A stretch of DNA of 64,000 nucleotides from Macrostomum hystrix (Eukaryota; Animalia; Platyhelminthes): the NCBI GenBank assembly GCA_950097015.1, contig CATNEN010000038.1, positions 15,624,001 through 15,688,000 on the forward strand, read 5' to 3'. Under the pieces are notes generated by a model. It saw only the letters and a list, made by a program, of their open reading frames with translations, was not told where the DNA came from and made no database searches. Positions within the stretch are counted from its first letter, which is position 1. Every line of letters begins with the position of its first letter. Both the position numbers and the translations under genes were made by a program. This document shows positions 38,835-52,071 of this stretch, in pieces.

Positions 38835-41800
38835 CTAGGCTGTAGTGCTGCTGCGGCTGCTGCTGCTAACAGCCTTACTAGTCTGCAGGCTGCGATAAAC
38901 GTGCAGCTGGTATTCGCTGCAGCTCTTGCAGCAGTTTCTGCGCAGTGACGGATGCGCGCACAGCGCCGAGGCCTGGTAGATGCGGCACACGGGTGACAGG
39001 TCCTCGCAGCCTGTCAATGGGTATAGGTCACTGGGGAGTTGTGCGCAAGTGCTGAACGTGGACAGCTCTTTGTTAAAATACTTCAGCTGTTAAGAGAGCG
39101 ATGTCACACGTGAAACGGGGACTTTTGTCAGGGGTGTAATCTGTTCGGACATTGAGGTCACCTGTTTAGACATTGAGGTCACCTGTTTAGACAGGAATGT
39201 AACCTGTTCGACAGGAGTGTAACCTGTTAGACAGGAATGTAACCTGTTAGACAGGAATGTAACCTGTTAGACAGGAATGTAACCTGTTAGACACAATAAG
39301 CGTGCTAGATGGAGGCATATAATGTTAAACTCAATCTGTCCAAGAAAGAGAAAGAGCTTATTCACCCAGCCTCTCGCAGGGGCCATTGTAGCAGGCCTTG
39401 TAGCCTTTGGGCAGTTCTAGATCTTCGCAGGCAATGCCGGCCGGCCCGCCGGTTTTCTGCCAGACGCAGCGAATCTGCCGACTGCTGAAGCCGTAGGCAC
39501 CGCAGGACACGGAGCACTGGGTTGGGAATTGAGCATCCTTCAGTATCTATTCGATTAAATCATCACCCAATTCTCTGTTAAATCAGCCCTTAATGCTATA
39601 CTGTAATAGTCTGAAATCCTTTTAAATTATCCCTAATCCTCTATCCGCAAGAAGAAAGGAAAGAGATGAGACACAGGAGAGATGATACAGTTGAGAGATG
39701 AGACACAGGAGAGATCAGACAGGTGAGAGATGAGACACAGGAGAGATCAGACAGGAGAGATGAGAACAGTGGACAGATGAGACTGGGGAGAGATAAGTCT
39801 GGGAGAGATGAGACAGGGGAGAGAAGAGACAGTGGACAGATGAGGCAAGGGAGAGATGAGACAGGGGAGAGATGAGACAGGGGAGAGATGAGACAGGGGA
39901 GAGATGAGACAGGGGAGAGATGAGAACAGTGGACAGATGAGACTGGGGAGAGATAAGTCTGGGAGAGATGAGACAGGGGAGAGAAGAGACAGTGGACAGA
40001 TGAGGCAAGGGAGAGATGAGACAGGGGAGAGATGAGACAGGGGAGAGATGAGACAGGGGAGAGATAAGTCTGGGAGAGATGAGACAGGGGAGAGAAGAGA
40101 CAGTGGACAGATGAGGCAAGGGAGAGATGAGACAGGGGAGAGATGAGACAGGGGAGAGATGAGACAGGGGAGAGATGAGACAGGGGAGAGATGAGAACAG
40201 TGGACAGATGAGACTGGGGAGAGATAAGTCTGGGAGAGATGAGACAGGGGAGAGAAGAGACAGTGGACAGATGAGGCAAGGGAGAGATGAGACAGGGGAG
40301 AGATGAGACAGGGGAGAGATGAGACAGGGGAGAGATGAGACAGGGGAGAGATGATACAGTTGAGAGATGAGACACAGGAGAGATCAGACAGGTGAGAGAT
40401 GAGACACAGGAGAGATCAGACAGGTGAGAGATGAGACACAGGAGAGATCAGACAGGTGAGAGATGAGACACAGGAGAGATCAGACAGGTGAGAGATGAGA
40501 CACAGGAGAGATCAGACAGGTGAGAGATGAGACACAGGAGAGATGAGACAGGTGAGAGATGAGACAGGTGAGAGATGAGACAGGGGAGAGGTGAGACAGG
40601 GGAGAGATGAGACAGGGGAGAGATGAGACAGGGGAGAGGTGAGACAGGGGAGATGTGAGACAGGGGAGAGATGAGACACAGGAGAGATGAGACAGGTGAG
40701 AGATGAAAAGGGGGAGAGATGAGACAGGGGAGAGGTGAGACAGGGGAGATGTGAGACAGGTGAGAGATGAGACGGGGAAGAGGTGAGACGGGAGAGGTGA
40801 GACAGGGGAGATGTGAGACAGGTGAGAGATGAGACGGGGAAGAGGTGAGACGGGAGAGGTGAGACAGGGGAGATGTGAGACAGGTGAGAGGTGAGACAGG
40901 TGAGAGATGAGACGGGGAAGAGGTGAGACGGGAGAGGTGAGACAGGGGAGATGTGAGACAGGTGAGAGGTGAGACGGGAGAGATGAGACAGGGGAGAGAT
41001 GAGACAGGGGAGAGGTGAGACAGGTGAGAGATGAGACGGGGAAGAGGTGAGACGGGAGAGGTGAGACAGGGGAGATGTGAGACAGGTGAGAGGTGAGACG
41101 GGAGAGATGAGACAGGGGAGAGATGAGACAGGGGAGATGTGAGACAGGTGAGAGATGAGACGGGGAAGAGGTGAGACGGGAGAGATGAGACAGGGGAGAG
41201 GTGAGACAGGGGAGAGATGAGACAGGGGAGAGATGAGACAGGGAAGAGGTGAGACGGGAGAAGTGAGACAGGGGAGAGATGAGACAGGGGAGAGATGAGA
41301 CAGGGGAGAGATGAGACAGGGGAGAGGTGAGACAGGGGAGAGGTGAGACAGGGTGTACTGTAGAGTAGGTGTTAGGAGGAGCTAAGGGCCGGATTTGGGA
41401 GCTTCGAGGGCCGCATCTGGCCCGCCGGCCGGAGGTTGCTGACCGCTGCTCTAAACCAATATCCCTAATCCCCGAAAAGACGACTTATCGCCCTAATCAT
41501 CCTCTAATCCTCTAATCTAATTTATTATCCTAAATCCTGGGACATATTGTCACTAATCCTCTGAAAGTTATACTAAAAGATTGTCTCTAATGCTATAATA
41601 ATTCATTGCCAAAACCTCAGAAAGATTATCAATAATCCTTGAACAGATTTTCCTTAATCCTTAATTAAAAAATGGATGATCCCCTAATCGCCTAATTAAT
41701 CCTCGAGTACATTAGAATTAATCCTCAAATATATTATTCTTAATCCACTAATAGAAGATTCGCAGTCCTCTATCACTTTCCTCACCTTGGACCAGGGTCC

Positions 41801-44800
41801 GGTACGCCACTCGGGCTGGCAGAGTTCGTTACGGCACTGGTGTACAGCTTCAGGCTTTGGCTGGTGAGCACACTGGGAGTCCAGCAAAGTCTCATTGGCC
41901 TGGTTGACACATTTCACCCGCCTGGTTAGCAGTGAGAAGCCGGTTGAGTAGCAGCGACTGGTTGAGCACTGATTGGCGGATAAAGGTTAGAAGATTTAGC
42001 TGATTTTTTTATGTAAAAATAGTGACGATAAAATATATTCGTCGTGTTTTCCTCCTCCTTTGTCCAAGACTTGGCCATTCTTAATTAGAAGTTGTAGTTT
42101 TCACCCTTCAGTCTCACCCCCCTGAAGTCTCACCCCCTGAAGTCTCACCCCCTGAAGTCTCACCCCCTGGAGTCTCACCCCCTGAAGTCTCACCCCCTGA
42201 AGTCTCACCCCCTGGAGTCTCACCCCCTGAAGTCTCACCCCCTGAAGTCTCACCCCCTGAAGTCTCACCCCCTGAAGTCTAAACAACCATGAAGTTCCTT
42301 ATCTTCCTTAGGTCTAACCTCCCTGAAGTTCTTTGTTTTTTCATTCGGGATTTATTCGGGAAATCCGAGAAACATCCAATGGGGAATGGTACGAGAATAT
42401 AGTAACGTTTACAACTTTTTGTAACCCGAGCCTCGATTTGTAGCTTGTAAGTCCAAGTCGTGCGAAAAGTACACAATCAATAAAAGTGAGAATAATAATG
42501 TGAAACCTTAATTGCTATTCGCACCTTTCGGTGAATTTCTAAATTTCTGTGTGTAATCTGAGACGAATGCAAATAAACAATGACCAAAGCCCTTTACAAC
42601 TCGACCTTTCGACTGCAGTAGGAATGGAATAGTTTATCTTATCAACAAAATTCATTTTTTATCGCGATTCGATTCAGAGATTTCAATTTTGAACCTTTCC
42701 GAGCAATTCTGAATTTGTGTAATTCTGGTGGCGTCACTGCTCATTCGCATAGTTTTAAAGCGATTTTGTGTTCGTTGGCAAGACACTCAACTTTAACCAG
42801 CTGTAAACTGGGTGCCAGCATCGGCAGGGGTAGAAATTTTGAAGGTGTCTGGTGTACACGGTGTCCATGGACTGAGCAACTGTACAAAGCTGTTAGAAGC
42901 GGCTGTGTAGCAATTTTTATAATCGTTACTTATAATGTAAACTATATATTTTAAGAAAAAATTAAAGAAATCGTGTCCTAAAAGTACAGAAATCGTGTCT
43001 TAAAAGTACAGAGATCATATCCTAAAAGTACAGAAATCGTGTCCTAAAAGTACAGAAACCATGTCCTAAAAGTACAGAAACCAGGTCTTAAAAGTACAGA
43101 AACCAGGTCCTAAAAGTACAGAAACCAGGTCCTAAAAGTACAGAAATCATGTCCTAAAAGTACAGACACCAGGTCCTAAAAGTACAGAAACCATGTCCTG
43201 AAAGTACAGAAACCAGGCCCTAAAAGTACAGAAATCATGTCCTAAATGTACAGAAACGTGACCGTACTCACCTCGGTGTCCCAGGTACCGGTGTGCCACA
43301 CCGGGCAGGTGTGGGTGCCGCAACTCTCTTCAATTGGAGGCCTCTGGCCGAGCAGTTTAGCGCAGGTCTCGTCTGGCACCACCGCGTAGGAGCTGCTTCT
43401 CAGCTGTTCGCAATGCACCGTCCGAGTTCGGCGACCGCGCCCGCCGCATGGCACGGAGCAGGATGTCCACGGACCCGGCATCCACAGCACGGCGTCCCGA
43501 TTGGGAGAGTCCAGTGGAGTCAGCCGATTAAGTCCGCTGGTCGCGCTCGAGTTGGACTGCATTAGCAGCATTATGCGCGGCAGGTAGGCGTGTACGTAGG
43601 CCTCGTAGGCCGTGTGGGAGTGCAGGCTCAGGCTGGAGTTCACGCGGCCGGCTGACACCTGCCGGGTTCGGATGATTTTTGATTATAATAGGTATTATAA
43701 TTGACTGGCCGCAAACGCTTTAAACAGTTACTTTGTTAAGCCGCTAAAAGCTTTAAATGTTATCTTTAACGAAAAACCGACCACGTACAAATAGTCTCTT
43801 TGATGAGCCGACAACACCCTATAAAGTCTCTTTTATCATCGAACAGCACCCTAAATAGTCTCTTTGATGAGCCGACAACACCTTAAATTGTCTCTTTGAT
43901 GAGCCGACAACAGTCTAAGTTCTCTTTGATGAGCCGACAACAGTCTAAGTTCTCTTTGATCAGCCGACAACACCCTAAATTATCTTTGATGAGCCGCCAA
44001 CACTCTAAACTCTCTTTGATAAGCCGACAAAATTATAAATTATCGCTTTGATGAGCCGTGAACAGTCTAAGTTCTCTTTAATCAACCGACAGCACCCTAA
44101 ATTCAGTTTGATGAGCCGCCAACACTCACCTCATAGACTCCGCTATCCTTCGGCCTGAACCTGTTGATGATCAGGTCACCGTCAACGAGGCAAACCCGAC
44201 GTTGGCAAGCGGCGACAGTCGCTGCCGCAGCCACACCGCCGTCCCGGTGGCCCAGGCGACGCCAGCGCAGATCAGCCGGCTTGAAATTGGCCACCCGGCA
44301 GTGCAGCCGCACCCGGGTGCCGGGAATCATCGTGGCCACCTGGCCGCACTCCACTTGCAGACTCTCTCGACGCTCAATCTGGACTAAGATGCTGGAGGCG
44401 GCCGGGTGAAACTCTGGCACCCTGGCCGCCGCGGTGGCGCTGATGCACTTGATGCGGTACTCCCGCAGGGTCTCGTCGTCAACCTGGCACTTAGTGAACA
44501 GCACCGGCGGCAGTAGGCCGCTGCAATGATTGAGGCTGACTGGCTGAGTGGCGTTGCGCAGAGTTCGCAGATCGGCGGTGAGTTGGACGCACTGCGGCCT
44601 GCTGCGCATCCTGCCGGTTTCATTGCACAGCCGCTGCTCTGAGCTGCCCGGGGGCGAGAAATGCACCCGGCACTGAAGCCCAGGGTGAGGATTGAAGGAT
44701 GAGAGACTGATGTCTTCACCTCCCCGAATTCTCGCCTCCCCGAATTCTCACCTCCCCGAATTCCCTCCTCCCCGAATTCTCGCCTCCCATAATTCTCACC

Positions 44801-47800
44801 TCCCCGAGTTCTCACCTCCCTGAATTCTCACCCCTTCATTCTCTCTTTCCTGAACTCCCACCTCCCTAAAGTCGCGCCTCCCTTGTGTTTCACCTCCCTG
44901 AAATCTCACCTACTTGAAGTCGCGCCTCCCCAAATTCTCACCTCCCCGAATTCTCGCCTCCCCAAATTCTCACCTCCCTGAGTTCTCACCTCTTCGAATT
45001 TTCATCTCCCCGAATTCTCACCTCCCCGAGTTCTCACCTCCCTGAATTCTCACCTCCCCGAATTCTCACCTCCCTGAATTCTCACCCCTTCATTCTCTCT
45101 TTCCTGAACTCCCACCTCTCCGAATTCTCACCTCCCCGAATTCTCATCTCCCTGAATTCTCACCTCTCTAAAGTTTCGCCTCCTTTTTATTTCACCTCCA
45201 TGACGTCTCACTTCCCTGAAGTGTCACCTCCCTGAAGTGTCACCTCCCTGAAGTGTCCCCTCCCTGAAGTGTCCCCTCCCTGAAGTGTCACCTCCCTGAA
45301 GTGTCACCTCCCTATAGTGTGACCTCCCTGAAGTAGTTAGCCTTCAAAATACCTAAGGTATTTGCACCAACCTTTCCAGGCGAAAGAATGTAGTGCGGCT
45401 CACAGGTCGGCTTGAGTACGCAGAACTTACGAGCGTGCGGCTTCTGAAGATGAGTACATTGGCCTGGTCTGAGTTGATATTTGGGACCGTCGGCTGTGTC
45501 CACCAGCTGATGACACTCTACTGAGCGCGTCTGAGAAATGGGAGAAAAATTGAAAACGGCCTCATTAACTGTGGGATAGTAATTGCGAGAGTGTAGCTTC
45601 AAAATGGTACAAAGTATCTGTGGAAGTTTGGCTTCAAAATGGCATAATGGAACTTGGGAAGTGTGGTTTCAAAATGGCACAATGGATCTAAGGAAGTGTG
45701 GCTTAAAAATGGCACAATGGATCTGACGAAGTGTGGCTTCAAAATGGCATAATGGAACTTGGGAAGTGTGGTTTCAAAATGGCACAATGGTTCTAAGGAA
45801 GTGTGGCTTAAAAATGGCACAATGGATCTGAGGAAGTGTGGCTTCAAAATGGCGCAATGGATCTGAGGAAGTGTCTTCAAAATGGCACAAATGATCCGTG
45901 GAAGTGTGACTTCAAAATGGCACAATGGATCTGACGAAGTGTGGCTTCAAAATGGCACAATGGATCTGACGAAGTGTCGCTTCATAATGGCGCAAAGGAT
46001 CCGTAGAAGTGTGGCTTCAAAATGCCATAATGGAACTTAGGAAGTGTGGCTTCAAAATGGCACAATGGATCTGAGGAAGTGTCTTCAAAATGGCACAAAT
46101 GATCCGTGGAAGTGTGACTTCAAAATGGCACAATGGATCTAAGGAAGTGGCTTAAAAATGGAACAAATGATCCGTGGAAGTGTGGCTCCAAAATGGCACA
46201 ATGGATCTGAGGAAGTGTGGCTTCAAAATGGCACAGTTGTTGGACACAACAGTAATGCCATAGACTATTCAGTAAAAATGTAAATATTACATCAAAATTA
46301 AAGGGAATCAATATACGTAATAGAAATTATTCCTAGTCGTAATTCTCTTCTGTATTACCACAGTACAATTCAAAGCATAACAAAGTACAAGTACATCGAA
46401 TTCTTTTTGTAAGCAACTTTTTCTTTCTCTTTATCTACTAGCTATCCATCTAATTGGTATCTATGATTTCAAAGCTACTCGGATGATTGATTTGCGTCCT
46501 TATTCATTAGCAGAAGCAATTTGATAGAGGCTTCGAAAATTGTTCTGGCCTTCTAAACAACTATTTTGGACTTTAGGGTGAATCAGCTGGTTGTAATTGC
46601 TGTTCGACTATATTTAGAAGGCAGGATAACCTTTGTAATTTATCATCATCCATGAATCATTACCGAGCTTAATTAAAGTTGTATTGAACAGTCAGAAGAT
46701 TATCGTTCAGGGGAAAAAATTGTCCCAAACTAAATTGGTCTACTAAAGTATTGCTATCCAACAGTTTTATGTTTTTCTGTCTAACATGTGCACGACAGAT
46801 TCCATCAGAACAGGTGTGTAATCCTGTCCAAAAGAAGTGTTATTCAGTCTAACAGGTGTGCAATCCTTGCTAACAGGTGTGCAATCCTGGCTAACAGGTG
46901 TGCAATCCTGGCTAACAGGTGTGCAATCCTGGCTAACAGGTGTGCAATCCTGACTAACAGGTGTGCAATCCTGGCTAACAGGTGTGCAATCCTGGCTAAT
47001 AGGTGTGCAATCCTGGCTAACAGGTGTGCAATCCTGGCTAACAGGTGTGCAATCCTGACTAACAGGTGTGCAATCCTGACTAACAGGTGTGCAATCCTGA
47101 CTAACAGGTGTGCAATCCTGGCTAACAGGTGTGCAATCCTGGCTAACAGGTGTGCAATCCTGGCTAACAGGTGTGCAATCCTGGCTAACAGGTGTGCAAT
47201 CCTGGCTAACAGGTGTGCAATCCTGGCTAACAGGTGTGCAATCCTGGCTAACAGGTGTGCAATCCTTGCTAACAGGTGTGCAATCCTGGCTAACAGGTGT
47301 GCAATCCTGGCTAACAGGTGTGCAATCCTGGCTAACAGGTGTGCAATCCTTGCTAACAGGTGTGCAATCCTGGCTAACAGGTGTGCAATCCTGGCTAACA
47401 GGTGTGCAATCCTGGCTAACAGGTGTGCAATCCTTACTTTCTCTCCGAGTCCGCAGGTCCTGGAGCAGTTGCCCCAGGGTCCGGCAATCCATAACGGGCA
47501 GCCGTCCCACCGGTAGCAGGGCAGTAGCAGATCCGGCTTTGGCTCCAGCGCTTCGCATAATCCAGCGTCGTTGGTTGCAAGTCCGGTTGCTAAGTCAACG
47601 CATTGGAATGGCACTATGAGGGTGCCTGAAAATTTTAAAAGTAAAAAATTAGCGCCTAGTCTAACAGACCTATTAGGTGATTCGCAAAGGTATAACGGGT
47701 GATTCAAACAGTTCAATCAATGATTCAATCAAAATCTCATATTTTTGGCTCACCTAGCTGTTTAAGAAACCGAATAAATAAGTATTCACCAATCAGAACT

Positions 47801-50800
47801 CACCAACGTCAGAGCACCTGGCTGAAGAGCACCTTATCTCGCTGTCTAGATTCCATCGCCACTGGTGAGTGCCATTTGATCGAGTGGCTGAAGCCGCTGA
47901 TGCAGTTGGGCAATGTGGCGGCGCCGAACACTCAACGGAATGGATATTCGGCCGAGGGGACGCTGAAAAATTTCCGTAGTTTCGATTCGGGATTTCGGGT
48001 TCTGAATTCCTTAGTTTCGATTCGGGATTTCGGGTTTTAATTTCCGTAATTTCAATTCAGGATTTCGGGTTTCGAATTCCGTAGTTTCGATTCGGGATTT
48101 CGGGTTTCGAATTCCGTAGTTTCGATTCGGGATTTCGGGTTTTAATTTCCCTAATTTCAATTCAGGATTTCGGGTTTCGAATTCCGTAGTTTTGATTCGG
48201 GATTTCGGGTTCTGAATTCCGTAGTTTCGATTCAGGATTTCGGGTTTCGAATTCCGTAGTTTCGATTCGGGATTTCGGGTTTCGAATTCCGTAGTATCGA
48301 TTCGGGATTTCGGGTTTCGAATTCCGTAGTTTCGATTCGGGATTTCGGGTTCTGAATTCCGTAGTTTCGATTCGGGATATCGGGTTTTGAATTCCGTAGT
48401 TTCGATTCGGGGTATCGGGTTTCGAATTCCGTAGTATCGATTCGGGATTTCGGGTTTCGAATTCCGTAGTTTCGATTCGGGATTTGTGGTTATGAACTCC
48501 GTAGTTTCTGGTGGTGCCGGGTGAGAAAAAGTGCAACGAATTAATATATGGTAAACAGCTGCTAGACTGTACCGTATTTGCCTATTCCTAACTCATATAA
48601 AATGTTACAATGCTCAGACAGGGTTCATAGGCTCATATTTGTTGAGCACAATCCGTAATGTGAACTCATCCATCATCAGAGTAGCCTCAGCTCAGTCTCA
48701 GATGCGCAAATAATGATAAACGCAGACACTAATAATAAATCCCTAAAACTATTATCCTACTGGTAGAATGTCCTGTGTTGCAATATTCTCGATACTACAA
48801 TGTATCGATACTAAAACACGAGTATAATATGTATCGGGAATATGTAGCGAATCGGGATAAACTATATGTTAAATTTATTTGAAAGGCGGAAAAAGAGGTC
48901 AGGAGAGAGGGAGACAGAGGATTTCTGTACTCACCTGAGCAGTTGTCATCTGGCAGGCGTCCAGCATTCGACTTGGCAATGTGCAGCCTTGGTGATTTAC
49001 CAGTTAGCGGCATCAGAGCCGACGAGTTGCTGGCGAAACAGCCGAACTTCAAACTGCGCGTGCCAGGCGTTTTAGAGCCGCAGGTAGCGTTGCAGCCGTT
49101 GAAGCCGACGATGGCCCAACTGTTTGCAGGTGATAATTGCGTGACATCAAGAGTTATAGGGTGTTACCGGGTGTTAGACACTGTTGTCATCCTATTAGTC
49201 AGGGTGTTAGACACTGTTTTCATCCTATTAGTCAGGGTGTTAGACACTGTTGTCATCCTATTAGTCAGGGTGTTAGACACTGTTGTCATCCTATTAGTCA
49301 GGGTGTTAGACACTGTTGTCATCCTATTAGTCAGGGTGTTAGACACTGTTGTCATCCTATTAGTCAGGGTGTTAGACACTGTTGTCATCCTATTAGTCAG
49401 GGTGTTAGACACTGTTGTCATCCTATTAGTCAGGGTGTTAGACACTGTTGTCATCCTATTAGTCAGGGTGTTAGACACTGTTGTCATCCTATTAGTCAGG
49501 GTGTTAGACACTGTTGTCATCCTATTAGTCAGGGTGTTAGACACTGTTGTCATCCTATTAGTCAGGGTGTTAGACACTGTTGTCATCCTATTAGACAGGG
49601 TGTTAGACAGCTCTAGTGGTTAACTTTGAAATAATTTTTTTCAGTTTGACATTTCGCTGATAAAGTTGGAGTGAGTAATACATCACAATGTTATTTTATG
49701 ATCTCGTTCGTCTTCGATTAAAGTAAACAAGGCAATTAATTTTTTGCAATTTTAGTCTCCACGAACTGGTTCAATTTCTAATTGCTTAGAACAGGCAGGA
49801 TTGCAGTGTATGGCAATGAATCCAGGAATTTGGATAAAAAATATATTGCCATGTTATTTTCTTAATTTCGTGTTGTAATTCAAGTTCTGTTTGATTTAAA
49901 GTAACAAAAATTAAGCGAATGGTTTCAAAACCAGTTGTTGCGTCTTTTAGTTCGGTTTTGTAATAAATCTTTTCCTGTCTGGTATTTTTGTCAGTTTTAT
50001 TTGAAGTCCACAAGCAGGTAAATTTATTAAATTGCTAACATTTAGCTTCTACGGAACTTTATGATCGTACTTAGCTATAAATCATTGTTAAAGCCAACCC
50101 ATTAAATTAAGCCAACTCGGCAGAAATTACTAAAAAAATCTATCCATTGTGTGCTATTTGAAACTAACCGAATGAAAATACAGGTATCGGCTTAAAATTT
50201 CAGTTATCAGTTATCAGCTATCAGTTATCAGCTATCAGTTATCAATTATCAGTTATCAGCTATCTGCTATCAGCTGTCAGCTATCAGTTATCAGCTATCA
50301 GTTATCAATTATCAGTTATCAGCTATATGCTATCAGCTGTCAGCTATCAGTTATCAGTTATCAGCTATCAGTTATCAGCTATTAGTCTATCAGTCTATCA
50401 GTTATCAGTTATCAGCTATTAGTCTATCAGTCTATCAGCTATCAGCTATAAGCCATCAAATGAATGTGGCTTCGCCGCGGAATCGAGCTCAATGACCTTG
50501 GTGCGAGAAGTTGACGCGTTAGACCCGCTATAAGCTAAAAAGTGTTATGGTACAGTCTATCAGCTTTGCTAACCCTAAATTTCAGTCGATGAGAATCGAA
50601 TAAATCGCGTTGTTATGCCACCTTTTTTGATCAGCATGGTGCAGTTAAGAATTTATTCTGCTTATAATATTTCCAAAGCGGCATGAATAGAAATACATTT
50701 TTTGTTTGAAAAGGTCTAATTCAAAAGAGAAAATTCAACGCTACCTTTATAGCGCGTCCGCGTCATCTCCCGTAAGGGGAAAATAATTTTCTAGCTCGTA

Positions 50801-52038
50801 GTTCGCTTTTGTTTAACCTATATGAAATATTATCGAAACGATCCGTAACTAGAGTTTCGGGAATTAAAACATCAAACGTGCCGTTGCACGTTTAATAATA
50901 TTTTATGAGTGTTAGCAATGCAATGCTACGGGAGGCTATAACCTGAAAAGATAACTGAACTTAACTCCCACGCCTAAAACTCCCATTTTCCATACAATTT
51001 TTGATGGCCCTGTTTGCTAAAAAGGCAGTTTTTTATGAGCCGTATTTCTGAAAACTACCTATAAGCACAGCTTAGTAAGCAGAAACCGACAGGCTATGCA
51101 GATAGTGGATAGCTGATAGTGGATAGCTGATAGTGGATAGCAGATGGTGGATAGCTGATAGTGCATAGCTGATAGTGGATAGCTGATGGTGGATAGCTGA
51201 TAGTGGATAGCTGATAGTGGATAGCAGATGGTGGATAGCTGATAGTGGATAGCTGATAGTGGATAGCAGATGGTGGATAGCTGATAGTGGATAGCTGATA
51301 GTGGATAGCTGATAGTGGATAGCAGATGGTGGATAGCTGATAGTGCATAGCTGATAGTGGATAGCAGATGGTGGATAGCTGATAGTGGATAGCTGATAGT
51401 GGATAGCAGATGGTGGATAGCTGATAGTGGATGGCTGATAGTGGATAGCAGATGGTGGATAGCTGATAGTGGATGGCTGATAGTGGATGGCTGATAGTGG
51501 ATAGCAGATGGTGGATAGCTGATAGTGGATGGCTGATAGTGGATAGCTAATAATGGATAGCTGATAGCTGATAGCTATGAGTTGATAACTGATAGCTGAT
51601 ATTTGATAGCTGATAGCTGGTTTCTAATCATAGCTCAAGTATGAGATTATCAAAAAATTTTCTGCAACATCTCTTAGTCTAGCGATATAGAATAGCATTG
51701 AAGCCTTCGTACTTACTGACCAACATGCACTTTTACAACCAACAGCGGGGTTGAACAAAACACAAAATCATGACTGCCCATCTTAATACACACAGCTAGC
51801 TAGCTGTATTAGTGGACTGAAAATACAGTGTGTGACCTCGGGCTCTCTTGGATTTTACACGAGTGGCTCTCAAGCTGGCCAGCCATATGCAGTGTATTGA
51901 GTAGTCCCCACTACTCAATTGGAATGGGTGGGGAGCGGAGAGTGAGAGTGGATATGTGAGTCCAGGTGAACTCGGGTTGTGCCTTACTCAAATACTCACC
52001 TGGCATCGGATGAGGCTGCGGTGCAAGTGTTCTTCTGA

Positions 52039-52071
<33 letters not shown>

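Noticed and set aside
39011-39088. Longer final exon of the ADAMTS-like gene using the acceptor at 39087
   Set aside because: Phase-incompatible with the upstream phase-1 donor (immediate stop); the acceptor at 39011 keeps the frame.
46767-47716. Long repetitive ORFs here and at 16670, 30775, 39641, 48943, 60848 and 62492
   Set aside because: Minisatellite translations; the real exons are delimited by splice sites.
49168-49609. CRISPR-like 33-35 bp periodic repeats (also 45588 and 47970)
   Set aside because: Head-to-tail units with no unique spacers, no cas genes, and a eukaryotic intronic context.
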